From contig QPMI01000522.1 of NCBI GenBank assembly GCA_004431415.1, positions 272,042-336,041 of the forward strand: a DNA stretch of 64,000 nucleotides, read 5' to 3'. Below the pieces are notes generated by a model. That model saw nothing but the letters and a program-made list of their open reading frames with translations. It was not told the DNA's origin and did not search any database. How positions within the stretch are numbered: the first letter of the stretch is position 1; each line of letters begins with the position of its first letter. The position numbers and the translations under genes are program-made. The DNA is from Cyanophora paradoxa CCMP329. Lineage: Eukaryota > Plantae > Glaucophyta. Positions 56,736 through 64,000 of this stretch are shown piece after piece.

Positions 56736-56768
56736 CCCCCTTCATTCAGATTTTCTTGCGACCCTGGG

Positions 56769-57245
56769 ATGAAGATCCTCGGCGTGGATGTGGGGGTCAT
56801 CAATTTCGCATGGTGCCTCATCGAATTCGATCCGCAGACAAAGGAATCCCAGATTCTCGACTGGCAGAAGATCGCCCTCTTCCCGTCTGCGCGCTGCTGT
56901 GGCCGCCTGGTTGCGCGCCTGGTGGAGGTTACTCGCGGCCATAGCGCCTTCGGCCTTCCCGACCAGATCGCGATCGAGGGCCAGAGGACGGGAATCAATC
57001 GCTGCATCGAGTGCACGCTCCACGCCCTGCTGTACGGGCGTGCGCGGATCGTGAGCCCGCGCGCCATCAAGCACTTCTTCAAGATCTCGAACCCGAGCTA
57101 CAAGGAGCGCAAGCGGGGCGCCGTGGACAAGTGCCGCGACCTCGTACCCGCCGAGCTCGCCGACATCGCGGATCGAAACGGCAAGCTCGACGACCTCTGC
57201 GACGCCTACTTAATCGCCCTCTACGCCGCGCTCAATCCGTTGTGA
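56769..57245 (+). CDS. RuvC-like Holliday junction resolvase (poxvirus A22-like)
   Basis: MKILGVDVGVINFAWCLI, IAIEGQ, YKERKRGAV, KLDDLCDAYLIA: complete RuvC catalytic acidic set. Confidence 0.92.
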   Translation: MKILGVDVGVINFAWCLIEFDPQTKESQILDWQKIALFPSARCCGRLVARLVEVTRGHSAFGLPDQIAIEGQRTGINRCIECTLHALLYGRARIVSPRAIKHFFKISNPSYKERKRGAVDKCRDLVPAELADIADRNGKLDDLCDAYLIALYAALNPL

Positions 57246-57277
57246 TCCCATTGTGATTTCTAGGCCCCGCCCGCCAG

Positions 57278-57439
57278 ATGGGATCCTCGTGCCGCAAGCC
57301 CAGGTCCCTCTGCTGCGAAATCTGCCGCCTGCCCCAGACCAAGCGCGGCTGGGTGCTCAAGGCGGGCGTCTACGTCTGCTGCCCCCGGTGCGCCGTCCGC
57401 TACTACGCACTTTTTTCTGAAGGCTGTCTACACCCGTAG
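57278..57439 (+). CDS. 53-aa CxxC..CxxC zinc-finger microprotein (below ORF-track cutoff)
   Basis: MGSSCRKPRSLCCEICRLPQTKRGWVLKAGVYVCCPRCAVRYY...; preceded by GATTTCTAG motif. Confidence 0.55.
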   Translation: MGSSCRKPRSLCCEICRLPQTKRGWVLKAGVYVCCPRCAVRYYALFSEGCLHP

Positions 57440-57448
57440 CTAGATCCC

Positions 57449-57841
57449 ATGGAGCACGCCCACTACTGCTTCAAGTGCCGCTCCAACACCAAGCTCGCCA
57501 ACGTCGAGGTGCGTACCAGCAAGAACAACCGCCAGGTGGCCGTCGGCTCCTGCACGCAATGCAGCGGCCGCGTCTCGCGCTTCATGCGCCGGGTCCTCGA
57601 GGAGGGGGCCCGGGAGACCAGCCCTCCGCCGCAGCGCCCGCAGGTGACCGACGCCGCTGGCCCGGCCGCCGGCTCGAGCCAGGCACCGGCAGCCCCTACG
57701 GCCCCGAAGCCCCCCGCGGCGCCCCGGCAGAAGGCCAAGGCGGCCCCCGCGGAGGGCGACCCGAGCCCGCTCGAGGCCCAGCCCAAGCGCCAGCGCGCGC
57801 CGAGGAAGGCGGCGAGCGAGCCTGCGATTCTTCAGCAGTGA
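57449..57841 (+). CDS. DUF5679-like zinc-ribbon protein with Pro/Ala/Lys tail; putative DNA-binding
   Basis: YCFKCR..TKLANVEVRTSKNNRQVAVGSCTQCSGRVSRF matches YCxKC...KNxR....GxCxxC...RF. Confidence 0.7.
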   Translation: MEHAHYCFKCRSNTKLANVEVRTSKNNRQVAVGSCTQCSGRVSRFMRRVLEEGARETSPPPQRPQVTDAAGPAAGSSQAPAAPTAPKPPAAPRQKAKAAPAEGDPSPLEAQPKRQRAPRKAASEPAILQQ

Positions 57842-58062
57842 TTCGGCGGCGCAACTGCCCCTGCCACTGCTTCGTCTGCGACTACCCCCCACCTGCTTCC
57901 CGGGCCACCTGCAGTTCGGCCACGAGATCTCGGTGGCGCGCGTGGGCGGGCGGGCCCGCCTCGTCTGCAGGCGCTGCGCGCGCGGGCTCTTCGCGGATTT
58001 TCGCAGGATCCGCGACAGGGAGCTCACGGGCAGTATTTCTAAGTCCCTCCCCAAATTGAGAA

Positions 58063-58272
58063 ATGGCCTCCCTGCTGTTCGATAGGGACATGTACCAAAT
58101 GCAGAACCGATTCGACGGCATCTACCCCGAGCGCATGCCGCAGGAGCAGTTCCCGCGCCCGCACTGGGCGGACCACCGCACGCACGGCCTGCGCAGGCCC
58201 GGGGCGGGGCAGCTGATGGTGACGCCGGGGGCGCGCCGGCGGAGCGCGACTGGTCGCCCCTCTGGATTATAG
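58063..58272 (+). CDS. Small viral hypothetical protein
   Basis: ATG preceded by TATTTCTAA motif; 3' end may be frameshifted. Confidence 0.4.
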   Translation: MASLLFDRDMYQMQNRFDGIYPERMPQEQFPRPHWADHRTHGLRRPGAGQLMVTPGARRRSATGRPSGL

Positions 58273-58337
58273 CGGGGATCCTGGTGGGGTACCTCCTCTT
58301 CCGACCCAGTGTAATTTCTCAGTGACCCCGTACCCCG

Positions 58338-58676
58338 ATGTCTCGATCTATCCCTTATTGGGCCCCAATCGATACGCAAATTGAGATGCTGCGCGCTCGC
58401 ATGCAGAAGCTTACGCTCGAAGAGGATCCCACGGATGTACCCGAGATCAAGGCGGGGTTGGCCACGCTGCCGACGGATATCGTCGAGAACATTCGCGATT
58501 GGGTGTACAGACTGCAGGACGAGGTCCGTGCACGGCTCTGGCAAATCGTGATGGGGCAGAGGGCCGCGGCCTACCGTAGCTTCGCCGACCAGAGGGACGC
58601 GGCCGAGCGCAGGTGGGAGAGGCAGTTCCCCGAGACGTACGGGGGCGCCAACCCATATTTTTCTGGTGATGGGTAA
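58338..58676 (+). CDS. Viral helical hypothetical protein (112 aa)
   Basis: Intact ORF; upstream TAATTTCTCAG motif. Confidence 0.6.
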   Translation: MSRSIPYWAPIDTQIEMLRARMQKLTLEEDPTDVPEIKAGLATLPTDIVENIRDWVYRLQDEVRARLWQIVMGQRAAAYRSFADQRDAAERRWERQFPETYGGANPYFSGDG

Positions 58677-58678
58677 AC

Positions 58679-58956
58679 ATGCCGGAGGCGCAGAAGAAGC
58701 CCGCGAAAAAGGCGCCCACGAACGGGCAGGAGCGGCCCACCAAGGCGGAGGTGAAGGAGGCGAAGGAGAAGCTGAAGGGCCCGCCCGAATTTCCTAAGGG
58801 ACCGAAGCCGCTGTACGAGGACGTCTCGCCCGGCGAAATATTCGTGGCGATGCGCCCGACGAAGCAGGGGAAGAAGGGGCCGAGAAGAAGGACGGGAAGG
58901 AAGACAAGGCCAAGACCGATAAAATTTCAAAGCCGGCTCCTAAGAAGTGCAAATGA
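58679..58956 (+). CDS. Small Lys-rich protein, putative DNA-condensing (frameshift ~58878)
   Basis: One added G gives ...KKGAEKKDGKEDKAKTDKISKPAPKKCK*, whose TGA overlaps the next ATG (ATGA). Confidence 0.55.
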
Positions 58957-60921
58957 GGGGGCTCGCCTCGCGTTTCGCGCCGCGCAACGTGCTCGCGATC
59001 CCGGGGGGCGGGGACTCGCACATCACGCCCTTCGAGAGCGACAAGTACGCGCACTTTCAGCAGCTGATGAAGACGGCGCTGGCGAGGGCCACGCCGGAAA
59101 TTCGGTTCGAGGAGCGCGATCAATCGGACAAGCTCGCCGAGGTGGAGGCGCAGGCCATCGCCAACGCGTACTACATCAACAAGTTCCAGCAGATGGAGTC
59201 GAGCCTCGACGAGGAGTACGAGGAGGGCTTCCGCGCCTGGCTGATGGGCCAGTCGGCCTTCACCGCGAACCTGAAGGCCAAGGGAGCGGGCGCCTGCGAC
59301 GTGGACGGCAAGAACCTGACGGTGCTGCCGGGCGTGCGGGAGTTCTGCAAGTCGAAGGAGGATCAGATCACCGAATTCCTGAAGCGCAAGAAGCGCCTCG
59401 AGACGCTGGGCCCGATGAACCTCGAGGACGCGTACTACTACTACAAGTACATCATCAACGGCGAGGAGTTCAAGCCCACGAGCATCTACGCGCGCGAGAA
59501 CAAGAAGCCCGAGGAGCTGATCGGAGGGAAGTACGACCCCGACTGGACGAACCGCAACACGCGCCAGCCCTTCGCCCAGGCCGAGCCGCCCTCGAGCTCG
59601 GACAGCGAGGGGCCGGGGCCGGACGAGAGCCGCCAGCGCGACGTACCCAGGGAGAAAAGGCGGGCGAAGAAGCGGATGGACAAGGAACAGTACATCAAGG
59701 CCCGCCGCGAGCAGAAGGTGCGCATCACGGACGGGGACAACGAGGCCATCGAGGCCAGTTTCCCGGAGGCGGCCATGGGCAGAGCAATCAAGGCGGGCAA
59801 GGGCGCGCGCGAGGCCCTCATTCAGAAGGCCCTGCCATCCAAGGAACCCAGAGACGAAATGATCGAGTCAGACTCCGACAACGAAGGGGGGGCCCCGCCT
59901 CCGGGGCCTCCGCCTCCGCCGCCTCCGCCCCCCGGGCCGAAGACGCCACCGCTGCAGCCGCAGCCCGGCCCCTCGCAGCCCCGGACACGGTGGCCCGGCC
60001 GTCGGCGCCCCCAGCGGAGCAGCAGCCCCCGCCGCCGCCCCCGCCGCCACCCCGCCGCCGCCCGAGCCACAGGCGGGGCCCTCGCGCCCGCCAGAGGTGG
60101 TGGCGGCCGAGGCGGTGGCCGTTGCGGCGGCAAGGGCCGTGCTCGAGCGGGTGCCCGTCGCCGTCCAGGCTCAACTCGCAAACGCGGGGATAGAAATCGC
60201 CCCCTCGTCCCCGCGCGAGATGGAAGCCATGGACAAGCGCAGGGCCGCGTACAAGGATACGGGGCGGAGACCCGGGTATACGACGATGGACTTAAACGAT
60301 GCGCTTGAACTGGCCGCCAAGAAGGTGAAAGAGGCGACAGAAGCTCGCCGTGCGGGGCTGCTGAAGAAAATTCGCTCCGGTGCTCCAGGCAATCCAGCCA
60401 GTCCAGACGATCCCATGGACGAGGAGGCGGAAGCGGAGCGCGCGGCCAATCGGGCTCGCCGGGAGGGATTCCTTGTGAGCGTATCGCCCGAAATCGCGCG
60501 CGCTGCAGGGGACGCCGCCGTTGCGAAATACCTTGCAGAAGAAATCGATTACAACCAACTGGCATCGATAGCCCAAGCCCAGGCAGCTGGAGTCAACAAG
60601 GCACAGGCACGGATAGCAGAGCAGCACCGTGATATTTCGGACCTGGGCGGGGATGTCGTGAAATTCTTCGAAGCTGAGCGAGAAGCGGACCCGCTCGGAT
60701 CTGCGGCAAAGGGCCCCTTTATGGAGCGTGTGCGGCGCGTAGAGGAGCGGGCCCAGCAACTCATGAACTTGGATCCAGAGCGTTACTTCATGTTGGGCCA
60801 AGGACTTGCCCTGGGTTATCTTAACGGCACACGCGACTGGTCTGCGATCACGGACGCACTCCGCAAGAAGGCGTACGACGCGGACCTGGCGCGACGGGGG
60901 CCGCGCCCTCTAATAACGTAG
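58953..60921 (+). CDS. Viral hypothetical protein upstream of MCP (frameshift(s) in Pro-rich linker ~59990-60100)
   Basis: N-domain FRAWLMG..LPGVREF..GPMNLEDAYYYYKYI; C-terminal part is ORF 60097-60921. Confidence 0.65.
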
Positions 60922-60963
60922 GCGTCCACCCAAAAAATTTTCTCAACGCATCCCTAAACCACC

Positions 60964-62351
60964 ATGGCTTCCGCGCTCATCTCCACCCCACGACCGCCCT
61001 GCACCACTCGCTGCGCAGCTCCGACGCGTCGGTGCACGTGCACGAGACCTTCGACACGGCGATGCCGTTCGTGGACGAGGTGCTCGAGGTGAGCCCCGTG
61101 CAGTCGGGCGTCACCTTCGGCCAGACCGTCGACATCGTCATCCCGCACTCGGCGCCGATGTTCAACGACGCCTGGCTCCGGGTGACGCTGCCGGCGCTGA
61201 CGAACGCCGACCACTTCTACATCCCGAAGGCCGGCTACGTGCTGCTCAAGAAGGTGAAGATCTTCGTGGGCACGCAGCTGATCCACGAGTACGACGGCCA
61301 CCACGACGCCATCTACGGCGAGTTCGAGGACGACAAGTCCGTCACCGAGCACGTCGACATGGTGAACAACCTCTGGGCGCACCAGCCGCTGCGCCGCCGG
61401 GGCAAGGCCCCGAACACGCTGTACGTGCCGATCCGCATCGCGACGGGCTTCGGTCGAAAGTTCGCCGTGCCCCTCCACAAGATCCGCGGGACCGGCAACG
61501 AGATGAAGCTGCAGATCACCTTTGCGTCGCAGAAGGAGGTGACGGCCTCCTTCGTGGACGGCGGCCTGCACACGAACACCAGCCTGACGAGCAGCGTCAG
61601 CCTGGACACCAAGCTCATCCTGCGCTACGTGCACATCGACTCGCGCGAGCTGGCGCTGCACCCGAACTCGTTCACGTGGGCCGGCAAGTACGTGCAGCAC
61701 TACCACGTCCAGTTCACGTCGGGCGCCGCCATCCGCCTGCCCTTCACGGGGATCTGCTACGAGCTGATCGTGGTGGTGCGCGACAAGCCGCACACCGACA
61801 ACGGCGAGCACTTCTGGCGCTTCCGCCCGCTCGACAAGATCGAGCTGAAGTGCGACAACATCAAGGTGGTCGACAGCTCGAACCACGATGCGCACTTTTT
61901 GCGCACGGCCATCGCGCACAAGGAGCACACGCACGCCCCCACGCGCAAGCACCTCGAGCTGCTGCGGGGCGTGACCTCGATGGACGGGACGGCGGCCGCC
62001 GACGTGGCCGACGCGCTGCACCCGCACCCGTGGTCGGGGCACGATAACGTGCCGGGGACCACGGGGAACGTGACCCTTGCGGCCCACGACGCCCACAGCA
62101 GCGATATCCAGCCCCGCAACGTGGGCCAGTTCGGGACGGAGTTCATCTACTCGCTCCCCTTCGGCACGGACGTGGCGGACAACACCAAGATGTTCGGCGG
62201 CCTCGACATGGGCGCCTTCAAGACCATCGAGCTCACGCTCACCACGCTCAAGACCTACACGGCACCCAACCTGCCCGTGGCCGACATCTACTGCCGCTAC
62301 TACAACGAGATCACCTTCACCAACGGCGGCGCCTACCGCCGCTTCCATTAG
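60964..62351 (+). CDS. MCP: Major capsid protein, double jelly-roll, Nucleocytoviricota-type
   Basis: VTFGQTVDIVIPH..MFNDAWLRVTLPAL..GYVLLKKVKIFVGTQLIHEYDG..LYVPI..AVPL..IRLPFTGICYELIVVVR..FIYSLPF..GGLDMG..YNEITFTNG follows the NCLDV MCP motif order; start 60964 needs one C at ~60988. Confidence 0.88.
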
Positions 62352-62430
62352 ATTGCTTGTTAGCCAGGGTGTGCTTGGTAGGCCGATGTGAACCAATAAA
62401 TTTTCCCACTGGGATCCTAACCGAGGCACG

Positions 62431-63632
62431 ATGACGAAGGGCCACTCTATGATGGACATTGGGGAGGGCTCTAAGAAGCAGCGCCAGTCGCTGAAGAACG
62501 ACCTGAAGGCCGACATGGACGGCATCGTGAACAAGTTCCTTCCGGGCACGGTCATGCCCGAGGTGCCCGTCGTAGATGGGACAAAGGCGGACGTCTACAC
62601 GCCCGAGGATCAGGCACGTGGCCTGGGGCTCAGCGGGGGAATACGAAGACCCTGCCCGCGATGAAGTACACGCCCTCCATGGAGAAGCTGATGCGCATGG
62701 GCATCCGACAGCAGCTGCAGAACACCTACCCCAGCCGACAGATCAGCGAGGAGGACGTCGAGAATGCGTTCGTGCTGCGGAAGGAAATCATGATTCGCGA
62801 TTTCGACCAGTGGGCGATGACGGCCTTCGACCTGAAGCAGCCGGGCGTCGCCAAAATGCTCGAGGAATATTACCCCGAGCTGCTGGAGCGAATTACAAAC
62901 ATGATCGAGCAGGATATCGAAATTCAGCGCTTCGACAAGTACCAGAAGGTTTTCTTCCCGATGAACTACGATGATCTCGTCATGAAGTGGGCGCGCGAGC
63001 GCGGCTGGATCAAGACGATGGAAGAGATCGAGAAGGAGAACCTGCTCGGGCCGGCCGGCCGCTACGGGCAGACGACGGAGAACCCCCAGGGGCTGCGCGC
63101 GGGCTACACCCCCGACCTCTCGCCCATGTTCAACGCGCAGACGGCCAACATCAGCAGCGCCGTCAACAAGCCCTACGGGCGCAACGACGTGGACTTCAGC
63201 CGGGGCAACCCGTTCGGGGCGATGCTCATGGATCAGGTCGGCACGCGCGGGCCCGCGCTGGCGACGGCGACGCCGTACGCGGACCAGAACCTGCTGCCGG
63301 CCGTCGTGAATCCGGCCGTAGGAAGCCGACCCTATGCGGATACCGCAACGTTAGGCTCGATTGCGGGGCTGCGGGGCCTGGGAACCGTCGCCGGAATGGC
63401 AGGCACCGGTGAGCGCAGCCAGACCACGATTCAAACCGCCTTCCAGGCTCTCGTGAAGGGCACCGAGACCGCGCAGGCCACCCTCCTCCGCGAGACCAGC
63501 GCGCGCAAGGCGGCAATGTACGAGCAAGCGGCAAACGCCCTCCTCGGCGGCGGCGGCAGCGGCGGCGGCAGCGCAGCGGCGGCGGCAGCGGCAGCGGCAG
63601 CGGCAGCGGCAGCGGCGGACGCTAATTTCTGA
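62431..63632 (+). CDS. Viral hypothetical protein downstream of MCP (frameshift at G-run ~62637)
   Basis: One added G joins ORFs 62431 and 62661; FDQWAM..PGV..FPMNYDD resembles the 58953 protein; poly-Ala tail. Confidence 0.65.
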
Positions 63633-63644
63633 AGCACGCGTAGC

Positions 63645-63970
63645 ATGGCTGCGACGGAGGCGACGCTGGGCGAGCAAATCGAGGCGCGCTGGGGCCGCTT
63701 CCTCGACCTGCTGGAGCCGGAGGCCAAGGAGCCGGGGGTGCGGGCGCAGATCCAGTCGCTGCGCGGCATCGGGGCCACGGCGGTCATCGTTCTGTTCAGG
63801 AGGCACATCAACGCGGAGGCGGAATTGATCAAGGCGAAGGACGACTCGGTTTTCGAGAGGCTGCCGCAGGAGTACGCCTCGGCCGTGCGCTCGCTCTTCT
63901 ACGGCAGCGGCCCGAGCTGCGCGAGAAGCTCTGGCTTTACATCGAGCTCTTCGTCGAGCTGACCTCGTGA
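63645..63970 (+). CDS. Viral helical hypothetical protein (frameshift ~63904)
   Basis: One added G gives C-terminus RPELREKLWLYIELFVELTS*; upstream AATTTCTGA motif. Confidence 0.6.
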
Positions 63971-64000
63971 GTGAAAAATATTTCTAAGGGCAGGCGTAAA

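Larger units (their letters stand above)
35600..64000. mobile_element. Endogenous small Nucleocytoviricota-related virus (mriyavirus-like); continues beyond window
   Basis: Abrupt switch to densely packed unspliced ORFs; MCP, A32 ATPase, VLTF3, RuvC, penton-like protein and two HUH endonucleases; no polymerase, protease or integrase seen. Left edge uncertain (35590-35945). Confidence 0.85.

Noticed and set aside
60954-62555. 533-aa antisense ORF opposite MCP (also 52759-53712 and the 3' part of 58679-60193)
   Set aside because: Expected antisense or alternate-frame openness from strong GC3 bias; no protein-like motifs.
37200-63910. Programmed ribosomal frameshifting as a viral expression strategy
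   Set aside because: Too many sites, all the same single-base loss in G/C runs, including in MCP; sequencing error is more parsimonious.
35600-64000. Polinton/Maverick, PLV or virophage
   Set aside because: No pPolB, rve integrase, tyrosine recombinase or adenain protease in the window; the MCP follows NCLDV-type motifs and VLTF3, RuvC and HUH genes are present. Provisional until the right part is seen.
1-64000. tRNA or rRNA genes
   Set aside because: No recognisable cloverleaf or rRNA conserved segments seen by eye; tRNAscan-SE or Infernal would be needed to exclude them.

Overview
The window has two parts. Positions 1 to ~35.6 kb are GC-rich, intron-dense eukaryotic nuclear DNA with short GT..AG introns, consistent with an alga or protist. 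Recognisable genes are cryptochrome DASH, a Methyltransf_24-type methyltransferase and a RIN13-like Cys/His protein, plus several hypothetical multi-exon genes. From ~35.6-35.9 kb to past the right edge lies a compact viral genome with uninterrupted coding regions, apparently integrated. It encodes a Nucleocytoviricota-type major capsid protein, an A32-like packaging ATPase, VLTF3, a RuvC/A22 resolvase, a probable penton, two tandem HUH (rolling-circle Rep-like) endonucleases and phage-like fibre genes. No DNA polymerase, RNA polymerase, protease or integrase is visible in the window. This gene set best fits an endogenous mriyavirus (a small Yaravirus-related virus) rather than a Polinton/PLV, virophage or giant virus. 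The element also carries three homologous (TGGGACT)n boxes near its left end, an iteron-like divergent region beside the Rep genes, and an AT-rich+TCTGA-like motif upstream of most start codons. The frameshifts I traced are single-base losses in G/C runs, so the virus may be intact. All calls are by eye; no searches were run.
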